IMG/VR virus record: IMGVR_UViG_2585427945_000001
Length of the DNA: 64,000 nucleotides
Reading direction: 5' to 3' (one strand)
Origin: an uncultured virus (IMG/VR IMGVR_UViG_2585427945_000001)
Taxonomy: Duplodnaviria; Heunggongvirae; Uroviricota; Caudoviricetes
Each line of letters opens with the position of its first letter. Position 1 is the first letter of the stretch. The notes beneath the pieces were generated by a model. The model was not told the DNA's origin. It saw only the letters and a program-made list of their open reading frames with translations, and ran no database searches. The position numbers were made by a program, and so were the translations under genes. This document shows, piece by piece, positions 40,247-48,950 of this stretch.

Positions 40247-40373
40247 GCCTCCTCCTCTCCGGGCCAGTCTGGACAGAAAGGCAAACTAGACCCCTATTTC
40301 TATCTCTTCCTAACGCGCGAAGGGTTAGATAGAAATAAGGGTCTAGTTCGTCAAATTGGCCAGACTGACCAGC
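40247..40373. repeat. 127-bp AT-rich imperfect palindrome, copy 2
   Basis: Identical to 12024-12150, same orientation. Confidence 0.95.
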
Positions 40374-40411
40374 GGGGGCGGAGGAGGATCCGGGCTGACG
40401 TATGGCGACGA

Positions 40412-41149
40412 TCAGCGGCCCGACCTGGGCTTCTGGGTCAGCTTCCGCAGGTTGGCGATCTTCTTCTCCATGGCGGCGAGCTCAGCGTCCAGCTTCGCCC
40501 GCTGTCCGTCCGTCATGTGCGACTTAATCACGCTACGGTCGAACTTGTCCAGGATGTTCCCTGCCACCTCTGCCAGGCGCAGGTGGTCCGACGTCGCACG
40601 TACGGGCTGGCCCTTGTCGGCCGGCACCGCCGGAGCGTTCTTCGTCGCACGCTTGGCGGGACGAGGCGTGGACTCCTCGACGGCCTCCGTCGCACGGACC
40701 GCCTGGACGATGGCGGCTACCGCCTTGCGCTTGTCCTGTCCCCGTTCCAGGGGCGACGTGGGCTGCAACCCCTCCGCCTCAAGCTGCCGGGGGGTGAGGT
40801 GGCGCCGCAAGATGTTCCCGATGTGCCACCTGACGGCGGCCTGCATGTCCTGTAGGCGGTCCTCGGGGATGTTCATCCCGCGGTACATACCCGCCACGAC
40901 AGACCGGTACTGCCCCGAGCGTCCCCGCATGTCGTCGTACTTGATCCGTAGAGCGACTTGCGTGACCGCCAAGTTCTTCAGCAGCGTCGTCGCCTTGCCT
41001 TGAATGCTCTCGTACTCCCGGGCGTAGGCGGCACCTCGTGCGACGAGTGACGCCGCTGACTCGTTCGAGATGTCGTCGAGTTCGAGCGTGGGGATGTCGT
41101 CGCCATGTGCAACGGTTCCCTTGTCGGGTCGGGCCAGCTCGGAACTCAT
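40412..41149 (-). CDS. Putative immunity repressor (phiC31 c-like)
   Basis: Lies between the late/dNMP-kinase genes and the early operon, as c does in phiC31; helical basic protein with AAVRWHIGNILRR. Similarity is recalled, not searched. Confidence 0.5.
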   Translation of the reverse strand: MSSELARPDKGTVAHGDDIPTLELDDISNESAASLVARGAAYAREYESIQGKATTLLKNLAVTQVALRIKYDDMRGRSGQYRSVVAGMYRGMNIPEDRLQDMQAAVRWHIGNILRRHLTPRQLEAEGLQPTSPLERGQDKRKAVAAIVQAVRATEAVEESTPRPAKRATKNAPAVPADKGQPVRATSDHLRLAEVAGNILDKFDRSVIKSHMTDGQRAKLDAELAAMEKKIANLRKLTQKPRSGR

Positions 41150-41235
41150 GTGGGGGACCTCTCGACATCGAGACATAAGGGCGTGACCACCGTAGCGCAA
41201 GTCGCTACGGTGAGCCAGACCTTACCTGTTAGTGA

Positions 41236-41865
41236 TCACGATGGGGTGAAGGGTTGCCCGCAGACGCCGCATAGAACCGGTCCGCGGTCCACCACGGTGG
41301 GCGACATCTGCATCTTCCTGACCGGCTTGCACTGGCATTGCAGGGTCAGCCTGGCCGGCGTCCTGTGCTTGGCTGGCGCCTCCGGGACAGGCAAGCGTGG
41401 CAGCGCGTCGGGGATGACGGTGTCCAGGGCGACGATGTCGTCGGCGTACAGTTCCCGTGCTCCGACGGTCAGAGCCGGCGTGGCGTATCCCCGGGTGGCC
41501 GTACGAGCCATACCTGGCGGCCAGTGGAGTCCTACCTCCTCCGCTGCCGCCAGATACGTTCCGTTGTGGTAGGCCCCGCGAGTATTGGTGTCCTGCTGCC
41601 CCCGGATCCAGCACAGGACGTGCGCCGCCTCGTGGAGAACCGTTTCGACAGTGCATGCGCCTCCCTCTTTTAGTACGTCGGCGCTGACGACGACGCCTAC
41701 CGCGACGTCCCCCGCCCACGCCAGGCGGCTTTCGGAGTCGTGCTTGGCGGAGGACGGGGCTGCGGAGGCTGCGATGCGGGCGGGTGGCAACTCTGGAACG
41801 GCATCCCGGATGTGAGTCCACAAATCGCCCAGGGCTTCGTGGAGCGGGGAGGGTGAGGTCGACAT
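41236..41865 (-). CDS. SprT-like zinc metalloprotease-fold protein with C-terminal Zn ribbon
   Basis: TVLHEAAH...YHN, then CQC...CGVC; apparently leaderless (TTGTGT-N18-TACGCT-N6-ATG). Confidence 0.75.
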   Translation of the reverse strand: MSTSPSPLHEALGDLWTHIRDAVPELPPARIAASAAPSSAKHDSESRLAWAGDVAVGVVVSADVLKEGGACTVETVLHEAAHVLCWIRGQQDTNTRGAYHNGTYLAAAEEVGLHWPPGMARTATRGYATPALTVGARELYADDIVALDTVIPDALPRLPVPEAPAKHRTPARLTLQCQCKPVRKMQMSPTVVDRGPVLCGVCGQPFTPS

Positions 41866-41950
41866 ACGGCGAGCGTAGAGCGGGTCTGTCGCGCGACACA
41901 ATTTTGAGTGTAGGGGGCCGCGTGGGTCGACTTGCGTGGCGGCCCAACGC

Positions 41951-41990
41951 AAAAAGGCCCCTACCTGCCTGTTACGGCGGGTAGGGGCCT
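41951..41990 (-). terminator. Intrinsic terminator ending the late/lysis operon
   Basis: aggcccctacc...ggtaggggcct stem followed by a U-run on the minus strand. Confidence 0.8.
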
Positions 41991-42058
41991 CGGTGGTGTG
42001 GGTGAATCTTTGCCTAAAGGTCATCCTCTGATGTCAGGAGCGGCGCCGACAGTGGGCA

Positions 42059-42304
42059 CTACTCGGTCGGCGTGACCTTCTTCCGGGCGCTCTCCCCGAC
42101 GAGGATCGGGAGCACCACGGCGAGCACACCTCCGACGCTCTGTGCGGTCTCCTGCGTCGCCAGGGCGGGCACGAGGACACCAGCGGCCAGGACGACCGAC
42201 GTGAGTGCCGCACGCAGCCGTACAGGCTCCTGGGAGGCGAAGATCTGGAGCGCGACGTAGGCGCGGAGAGCGGCGTCGTTCAGGCGGGCAAGGATCTTCT
42301 TCAT
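42059..42304 (-). CDS. Holin-like membrane protein
   Basis: Two TM segments and a C-terminal RKKVTP. Confidence 0.65.
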   Translation of the reverse strand: MKKILARLNDAALRAYVALQIFASQEPVRLRAALTSVVLAAGVLVPALATQETAQSVGGVLAVVLPILVGESARKKVTPTE

Positions 42305-42891
42305 CAGACTCCAGTCGTCAGCAGGGCGCCGCGGGATGCGCGGTTGTGGAAGATGGCCAGCTCGCGGTACAGGTCGCTGACCGATCGGTCGTTGCAGATC
42401 AGGTGGTGCGCGTCCTCCGGCGTCAGTCGCTCCGACTCGTGGTCGAGCTGGGCGACGCCGGGGCGGTGGATGTAGAGCAGCGCGAAGCCCGCGCGGCGGA
42501 GTGAGGCGACCTCGTTGGGGTAGCGCACGTCGGTGATGACGGCCGGGATGCCCGCTTCGTTGGCCTCCTGAGCTCGCCTCATGGCGGCCCGGAGCCAGAA
42601 GTCTTCGTCGATGGCGCGGATGGAGGCGCCCAGCTCCTGGAGGATGCGGCGGACCTCGGGAAACATGTCCTTTGCCTCCTCCCACCCTGACGAGCGCACG
42701 GCGGAGGACAGTCGGTACGGAGTGTCGCCGTACCGCAGTGATCCCATGACTACTGGGTCCAGCTTCAGCGCCGCTTCCTTCAGCGGGTCCGCGAAGGCCA
42801 CACGCTCGTAGCCGTGGGTCTCCACGAGCCACTGGCCGGAGGTGTCCTTGCCTGCGCGTGCCCGTCCGATGATGCCGATGTTCGGCTCCAT
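42304..42891 (-). CDS. Deoxynucleoside monophosphate kinase
   Basis: GRARAGKDT, FADPLK, RRILQELG, VITDVRYPNE, HESE. Confidence 0.92.
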   Translation of the reverse strand: MEPNIGIIGRARAGKDTSGQWLVETHGYERVAFADPLKEAALKLDPVVMGSLRYGDTPYRLSSAVRSSGWEEAKDMFPEVRRILQELGASIRAIDEDFWLRAAMRRAQEANEAGIPAVITDVRYPNEVASLRRAGFALLYIHRPGVAQLDHESERLTPEDAHHLICNDRSVSDLYRELAIFHNRASRGALLTTGV

Positions 42892-42926
42892 ACCGTCCTC
42901 CTCTGTCGTGGGATCCCTACGGCATG

Positions 42927-42958
42927 GTTATGGAGGGGTGACGCCAAGATGTTTCACG
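42927..42958 (-). promoter_or_regulatory. Phage-specific promoter motif upstream of the dNMP kinase gene
   Basis: Same 32-bp motif. Confidence 0.75.
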
Positions 42959-42973
42959 GGGCCCTCATGATCT

Positions 42974-43303
42974 TTAGGAGCCGTCACCCCGCGGGTGGGG
43001 ATGCCCGATGATCATGTGCTCCGCGTCGTGGCCGGCCTGCCACTCGCGGACGTGGGCGACGGACTCCCGGACGGAATCGATGTCGTCGCGGACGTCGTCC
43101 AGGCGGGCGTCGAACCTGGCCTGGAGGCGAGAGCCGACGGCGTCAAGAGCGTCCAGGGTGACGGCGCGGGTCTCCTCGCCCTGGTCCTCCACGGCGGTTC
43201 GGGTGCGCTTGAGGACGGCGAGGATGGCGGGGATGGCGGCCACCACCGCCGCACCCAGAACGGATGCAGCGGTGATGACGGCGATGATGACGTCAGGTCC
43301 CAT
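42974..43303 (-). CDS. Lysis-cassette membrane protein
   Basis: N-terminal TM segment plus coiled coil, directly after the endolysin. Confidence 0.7.
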   Translation of the reverse strand: MGPDVIIAVITAASVLGAAVVAAIPAILAVLKRTRTAVEDQGEETRAVTLDALDAVGSRLQARFDARLDDVRDDIDSVRESVAHVREWQAGHDAEHMIIGHPHPRGDGS

Positions 43304-43306
43304 AGG

Positions 43307-44401
43307 TCACGCCTTGACCTTGAAGCCGCGCTTGGCGCCCAGCTTCTCCAGGCTCGCCTTGCCGGGGATCCCGTCAGCCGCGGAACCGGTGTAGCCGCAC
43401 TTGCGCTGCCATGCGGCGTAGGCCGTGACGGTCACGGAGCCGAAGGAGCCGTCAGCCGCGTACTTCGCCGCGAGCAGGCCCTCCGCCTTGAGTGCCGCCT
43501 CCACCACCTTGACGTCAGCGGCATGCGTCGTCCCGCCCTGCTTGAGGCCGGGGTCCCGGCGAGCGGCGGCGACCAGGTTGGAGAGGTCGACGACAGGTGC
43601 GGCCGGCTTGGCAGCCGCCGGAGCGCTGGGCAGCTTGCCCATCAGCTTCTTGAGCGACGCCTCGCCGGGGACACCATCAGCGTCGGAACCGGTGTAGCCG
43701 CACTTGCGCTGCCACTTGGCGTAGCTCTTGGTGTCAGCGTCGGTCCACGTCGGGCCAGGGCCCTCGACGTAGGCGGAGCACCCGGCAGCGACGAGCGCCT
43801 TGCCGACTGCCGTCACGTGGGCGCCATTCACACCGTAGCCGTACTTCAGACCGCCGATGGTGACGGTGGCCCGGGAGACGCCGGAGCCGGCAGTCGGGGC
43901 CGTGGAGGCCGCCTTGCCGCCCGCACGCTTCACGATCTCCGGGAGCTGGGCGACGATCTTGGAGCCGGGGCAGGAGGTGTGTCCGCCCCATGCGGCGCCG
44001 CCCATGGCGTGGTAGCCGAGGCCCCTGCCAGACGGGCTGGTCGCGACCTGGAGCGGGACGCCGTAAACCTCGTGGGCCCAGCGGAGGACGTCGGCGCACC
44101 GGTCAAGCTGGGCGTCGGTGAGGGAGTCGCCGCCCTGGCCCTCGTTCTCCACGGACAGCCACGAGCTGTTGCCGTTCGCCTGAGCCCATGCCTTGTTGGC
44201 GGTGTCGACCCACTGGAAGAGCCGGCCGTCCTTGCCGGTGCCGAAGTGGCTGGACGCCCGCGCGGCGGGGTTGTCGAACCATGCCTCGGAGCCCATCAGC
44301 GTTCCGGCCATGATGTGGATGACGACGCCACGCACCTCCGCCTGGCCGCCCTTGGTGAAATTCCGGACCGGCCGCCACTGGGCGCTGTTCAGTCGTGCCA
44401 T
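43307..44401 (-). CDS. Endolysin: N-acetylmuramoyl-L-alanine amidase with two peptidoglycan-binding repeats
   Basis: VVIHIM, SSHF, AWAQ..GN...SVENEG, GYH...HTSCPG; repeated YA.WQRKCGYTGS.ADG.PG. Confidence 0.93.
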   Translation of the reverse strand: MARLNSAQWRPVRNFTKGGQAEVRGVVIHIMAGTLMGSEAWFDNPAARASSHFGTGKDGRLFQWVDTANKAWAQANGNSSWLSVENEGQGGDSLTDAQLDRCADVLRWAHEVYGVPLQVATSPSGRGLGYHAMGGAAWGGHTSCPGSKIVAQLPEIVKRAGGKAASTAPTAGSGVSRATVTIGGLKYGYGVNGAHVTAVGKALVAAGCSAYVEGPGPTWTDADTKSYAKWQRKCGYTGSDADGVPGEASLKKLMGKLPSAPAAAKPAAPVVDLSNLVAAARRDPGLKQGGTTHAADVKVVEAALKAEGLLAAKYAADGSFGSVTVTAYAAWQRKCGYTGSAADGIPGKASLEKLGAKRGFKVKA

Positions 44402-44463
44402 TGCTGCCTCCAGGGCATAGAGAAAGCCCCGACGCTGCGGGGCGTAAGAGGTTTGCGGGCTGT

Positions 44464-45039
44464 TCAGTCCAGAGAGAAGCGGATGCCGTCGAGGTAAAGG
44501 AACCCGACGGCGGAGTCCACGGTGTACGTCAGGGAGCCGCCGACCTGGAGCGCCGCCACACGGCCCGTTCCGCTGCTGGCGGGAGTGGTGAACGCTCTAC
44601 TTGCGGTTGGCCGTGCTTCCGTTGGCAGCGTCGCGAAGGTCGTTTGCGTTCCGATCACCAGGTTGGCGTTGTTGGAACGGCGGAATACCCCGCGCAATTC
44701 GACCGATCCATTCACGATGCGGTACCCAGGGCTTCCCGCTTCCGCGGTGTACCCCGTGGAGAACGTGAAAGGCTTCCACGGCCCCGGAGACATCGGCCTC
44801 CAAACACGGTCCGCCCCGTACCGATCCCACCGGTCTTCGGCGATCAGGTAGCTGATCATTCCGGGAACGGCTTCGTACGGCCCGGTGAGTTGGGCGGAAC
44901 GCTCGTTGGCGTTGGCGAACCGGAGAACGCTGCGCCCGACGATCCCGTTCACCACCGTTTGAAACGCGGTCTCAGCGTTCGGTGCGTCAGAAAGGACAGG
45001 GTACTGAACTCCCTGCCCGTATCCGTCAGATGAAGGCAT
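44464..45039 (-). CDS. Minor tail / tail-tip protein
   Basis: LRFANANER and ATLP..ARP motifs; last gene of the tail module. Confidence 0.7.
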   Translation of the reverse strand: MPSSDGYGQGVQYPVLSDAPNAETAFQTVVNGIVGRSVLRFANANERSAQLTGPYEAVPGMISYLIAEDRWDRYGADRVWRPMSPGPWKPFTFSTGYTAEAGSPGYRIVNGSVELRGVFRRSNNANLVIGTQTTFATLPTEARPTASRAFTTPASSGTGRVAALQVGGSLTYTVDSAVGFLYLDGIRFSLD

Positions 45040-45056
45040 TCAGAAACTCCTCTGGT

Positions 45057-45323
45057 TCACGACGTGGTGTCGGAAAGGGCGCCCATTACGAGCCAATTGC
45101 CGTCAGGGGTGAAGTCGACTCGGACCCTGTCGCCCACGGCCGGGGCGGAATAGGACTTGAGCCGGCGGACCCTTTCGACGAGCCCGCGGGAGGTGGTGAC
45201 GTCCACCGTGCCGTCGGTGTAGGTGGCCGCCACTGTGGCGATGAGCCAGCCGGGGGCCTCCTGCCGCACAGCCTGCGAGGCGGCCCTCTGGACGGCCTCT
45301 GTGAGCCGCTGACGTGCTGTCAC
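45057..45323 (-). CDS. Small minor tail protein (OB-like)
   Basis: SYSAPAVGDRV...GNWLVMG; position in the tail module. Confidence 0.7.
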   Translation of the reverse strand: MTARQRLTEAVQRAASQAVRQEAPGWLIATVAATYTDGTVDVTTSRGLVERVRRLKSYSAPAVGDRVRVDFTPDGNWLVMGALSDTTS

Positions 45324-46429
45324 TCCAGCTCCTCCTTACCGCCCCTGAGCGTCAGGGTGCCGGTCTCCTCCGCCGTCAGGGGGACGGTGAAGGACTGCGC
45401 GATAGCCAGTTCCTTGCGCCCGGCATGCGAGATGCGCAGGCAGTCCCCCGCCTCCAGGGCAGGGTTCGGAATAGCGGTGATGGCGAGCTGTACATTCCGC
45501 GCTGTGGCGTCGAAAAGGGCGTAGTCCGCTGCCGCCTGGCAGGCGCCAGTGCTCATCAACAGGGACGACGAGATGTGCTTAGGGACTTTCCCGAAGGGGC
45601 CACCCCATCGCGTGGGGCTATTCGGGTTCGTATCGTACGCAACGGCGCTCACCGGGATTCCGCCGGCCGCAATGTTCTCCCCGCTTGCCACAACGGCGTT
45701 GTAAACGGCCGATCGGGACATTGTCCGGGCGGACGACATCAGCGTTCCGCCCTCGCCCTCCGCAATCTCCCACACAACGGCGGACGACAACACGTCGGGG
45801 AGATCAGCAATGACGAAACGGTCGAGGGCATCGACGTATATTTCCGCCTGCATCGAAAGGGCGACCTGTTGGACGGCTTCCCACCGGTCGCCATCCGCGT
45901 TCCACGTCGCAACGGCCACCGGTGGGTTCCGACTTCCGGCCGTTGCGTTGACAATCACAGCATCGGGCAGGGTTTGGCGAATGAGATACTCGATCGCCTG
46001 GACGCATGTCGTGTAGCCGCGAGTGGACGTCGGCACCATGAATTTGTCGTCGATGATGTAGCACTCCGACGACTGCCCGGTGAGCGTTACGGGGCCTAGC
46101 AACGTGTCGCCGGCGGGCTCGTTGATTCGAAAGGTCCCGAGCGGCACCGACTCGATGGTGCCACCCGCGAATCGAATTCCTCGGGAGACCACGAGCGTCT
46201 GCCCGTAAACGGCTAGCGGATCCAGCTCTCCCCACGGGAGGTACTTCGGATCCGCCACCGTCAACGAGAGCGTCCGCCGGACCTTGCTCCCCCTGTCCAC
46301 CGTGACCGACCCGGCGGTGACCGGGAGGTCGGGCACGGTGGCGAGGCCGTTGTACATGGCGGCCACGGTGACCGTCATGGTGTGGGACGTGGTGAGGGCC
46401 TGGAGGAAGGCCGGTGACACGGGGCGCAT
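45320..46429 (-). CDS. Minor tail (hub-like) protein
   Basis: MRPVSPAFLQAL...GSVTVDR...VPLGTF...PNPALEAGD; TGATG overlap. Confidence 0.8.
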   Translation of the reverse strand: MRPVSPAFLQALTTSHTMTVTVAAMYNGLATVPDLPVTAGSVTVDRGSKVRRTLSLTVADPKYLPWGELDPLAVYGQTLVVSRGIRFAGGTIESVPLGTFRINEPAGDTLLGPVTLTGQSSECYIIDDKFMVPTSTRGYTTCVQAIEYLIRQTLPDAVIVNATAGSRNPPVAVATWNADGDRWEAVQQVALSMQAEIYVDALDRFVIADLPDVLSSAVVWEIAEGEGGTLMSSARTMSRSAVYNAVVASGENIAAGGIPVSAVAYDTNPNSPTRWGGPFGKVPKHISSSLLMSTGACQAAADYALFDATARNVQLAITAIPNPALEAGDCLRISHAGRKELAIAQSFTVPLTAEETGTLTLRGGKEELE

Positions 46430-48669
46430 CAGGTGCCTCCTACTCCGGTGTAGACCCCCAGCCACGATTTGTACGTGGTGAGCATGCTCATGGCGTCGGG
46501 GTGCTCGGTGAGTACGGTCTGCCAGGTGCGGCCTGCGGAGCCGGTGGCACCACCGATCGGGCGGTCGACCTCCGTCAGGGGGACGGTCCAGGTGCGGTCC
46601 CGGTACTCCGCGTACTCCACAACTGGTGCTTCCGAGACGTCGCCGACTGAAACGTATACGTCCTTCTCGCCCCAGAGCGACGGCCACTGGATAAGCAGCA
46701 CGGTGCCCGCCTCCAGCAGCCACCACATGGCGTCGAGTTCTTCCGCCGTCTCCGTGACGAGGGTGAGTGTCCCCTCGCGCGATGTGCGCATGTCGGAGAT
46801 GACGATGGGCCGAGCACGCCCGCGGACTGCGTTGACGCTCTGCCGCGCCTTCCTCGTCCACGTCGGCTGGCCGCCCTTGGCGACGACGGCCGTCGTCTGG
46901 CGGGCCGGCATGCCGGGGTCCTTGAGGACGATCTCCGTCGGGAGCGGCTCCGGGATGGTGATGGGGTCGGACATCGTGCCGTTGCCGGTAGCGCTGGTCG
47001 TCCAGAGCTTCAGGTAGTAGGACACGGGGATGCCGAGCGGTGCTTCGTAGTCCTCGACCACGGTACGATCGCCCACCACCGTGTTCTGCGACGTGTCGCC
47101 GGACTCGCCGCGTACGGGGGTGAGGTTGCCGTCCGCCTCTACCCGCCACAGGCCCCAGTTGACGTACCCGCCGGCGGTGAGGCCCTGGAGGGCGATGGAT
47201 GCTCCGTACTTGTCGGGGATCGGGTCCGCGATAGCCGCAATGCCGCCGGGTGCCATCGTGACGGCGTCGACGTAAATCTGATCACCCGCTGGGGCGTCGA
47301 TCATCGTCAGGACGAACCGCAGGCCAACGGCACCGTCAGGAGCGGCGGCCGACGAGGGAATGGTGTACCACCCGCCACCGGACGCATTCAGGTGCCATTG
47401 CAGGGTGGTGGATCGCATGTCCGCACCCGCAGCATCCACCCACACCAGCCGGGTGCTGAGGGATCGTCCAGTGGTTGCCCCGACCCGGATCCGTGCCGTA
47501 ACGACGTAGGCCTGGCGGGCGGAGACCGGGGCCGGGACAGCGGTGCTGATGACGGCGTCGCCTGTGGCGGTCGGGGTGATCAGCAGCGAGGCGCTGCCCT
47601 CGTAGGCGATCGTCGTCGACCGACTGATGGTGCAGCCGGAGACCGCCGTCCAGCCGGAGACGTCGACCTCCATCGACTGGGTGTTGTAGTTGATGAGGGA
47701 GCCCGCCGGGACCGGGGCCGTGATGAGCGCCATCCGGTCGAACAGCCACACTTGTCCTGCGACCCCTGCCGCTGCCCGTAGGCGCAGCCGGCCGTTCACG
47801 GCGCCTGGTGGGGCAACTCCGATAGTGGAGATGTACAGCCACTCGTCCGCCGTCGGCGTCCAGGCCGTCGACGGGGAGGACGTCAGGTAGGTGCCAGCCT
47901 CGTCGTACCACCGCAGTTCAACGCGCACCTCTGCACCTGACACCGTAGCCCCGACAGGGCGCACCATCGCCGACCCCAGGAACTCGGCCCCCGGGACTGT
48001 AGGAACGTTGGCACCCATACCGACCTGGACCTCACCTGCGGCCACCGATGTGGCCTGGAGGCTGTACCACCCTTCGTAGGCGGTAGTTGCTCGGCCCAGG
48101 GTGACGTTTCCCCACGCCGCCCAGCCCGCGCTACTCACCTCCACTGACGAGGTGTTGTACGGCAGCAGGTTCCCGGCAGGGCTGTTGGGCGGGCCGAGCG
48201 CGATGGTGTCCGCGAGCACTGCTGCCCCCGCCGTCAGGCCGGTGACGGTCAACGTTACGGAGGCGTAGTTGGCGCCGGCTGGGGCCGTCCCGATCGGTAT
48301 CGGCGGCGGGGCGTTCCACGCGGTGCTGTTGACCAGGGTCACCCCCGCAGACGACAGGGAGCCCAGCGAAGTACCGCCCGTCACGGCGGCATACCAGTCG
48401 ACACGCATGGTGCCAACCCGTCCTGCGGCAGCAACCACGTTGGCCAGCAGGGCGTAGCCGGTGTATTCCTGGCCCGCCGTCACCGGTACACGAGCGACCG
48501 TGGTGGCGGTGACCGAGCCCGCAGCCGTGGCGGTCATAGCCAGGCTGCGGGCCCCCTGGTAGAAGCGGGTGGAATGGCTGAGCGTGGTGTTCGCTCCGGC
48601 CATCCACCCGCTGGTGTCGGTCTCAATACCGCTGGTGTTGGCGTTGAGGAGGTTAGTGGAGACGGTCAT
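46429..48669 (-). CDS. Minor tail protein with three carbohydrate-binding-like repeats and a C-terminal distal-tail-like region
   Basis: Three NLL..NT.S.E....GW...YEG..SL repeats; EDYEAPLG. Confidence 0.8.
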   Translation of the reverse strand: MTVSTNLLNANTSGIETDTSGWMAGANTTLSHSTRFYQGARSLAMTATAAGSVTATTVARVPVTAGQEYTGYALLANVVAAAGRVGTMRVDWYAAVTGGTSLGSLSSAGVTLVNSTAWNAPPPIPIGTAPAGANYASVTLTVTGLTAGAAVLADTIALGPPNSPAGNLLPYNTSSVEVSSAGWAAWGNVTLGRATTAYEGWYSLQATSVAAGEVQVGMGANVPTVPGAEFLGSAMVRPVGATVSGAEVRVELRWYDEAGTYLTSSPSTAWTPTADEWLYISTIGVAPPGAVNGRLRLRAAAGVAGQVWLFDRMALITAPVPAGSLINYNTQSMEVDVSGWTAVSGCTISRSTTIAYEGSASLLITPTATGDAVISTAVPAPVSARQAYVVTARIRVGATTGRSLSTRLVWVDAAGADMRSTTLQWHLNASGGGWYTIPSSAAAPDGAVGLRFVLTMIDAPAGDQIYVDAVTMAPGGIAAIADPIPDKYGASIALQGLTAGGYVNWGLWRVEADGNLTPVRGESGDTSQNTVVGDRTVVEDYEAPLGIPVSYYLKLWTTSATGNGTMSDPITIPEPLPTEIVLKDPGMPARQTTAVVAKGGQPTWTRKARQSVNAVRGRARPIVISDMRTSREGTLTLVTETAEELDAMWWLLEAGTVLLIQWPSLWGEKDVYVSVGDVSEAPVVEYAEYRDRTWTVPLTEVDRPIGGATGSAGRTWQTVLTEHPDAMSMLTTYKSWLGVYTGVGGT

Positions 48670-48950
48670 TCGCCGTCACCGCCAGTCTCCTCGTCACCCC
48701 CACCGTCCTCACCGGGCTCCGGGTCCTCGTCGGGGTTGGGTACCGGCTCCACATCGTCGGGGTTCGGCACCGGCTCGTCGCGCAGGTCGGGGTTGCCCGC
48801 CCCGCCGGAACCGTCGCCGTCACCGAACCCGTCGTTGTCTCCGAGCATCCACCCCGGGGAGTACCCCCAGCCCGGCGCGACCGGCGGGTCCGGCTCCGGG
48901 GGCCCCGCGTCGTACACGGGCGATACATCGGGCTCAACTGGGGTACCCAT
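48666..48950 (-). CDS. Highly acidic Pro/Gly/Asp-rich small protein
   Basis: TGATG overlap with the tape measure stop and ATGA overlap with the next gene. Confidence 0.65.
   Translation of the reverse strand: MGTPVEPDVSPVYDAGPPEPDPPVAPGWGYSPGWMLGDNDGFGDGDGSGGAGNPDLRDEPVPNPDDVEPVPNPDEDPEPGEDGGGDEETGGDGE

Noticed and set aside
40247..40373. Palindrome as a protelomerase (hairpin telomere) site or as attP
   Set aside because: No protelomerase or tyrosine recombinase was recognised, the centre is asymmetric, and a better attP candidate lies next to int.
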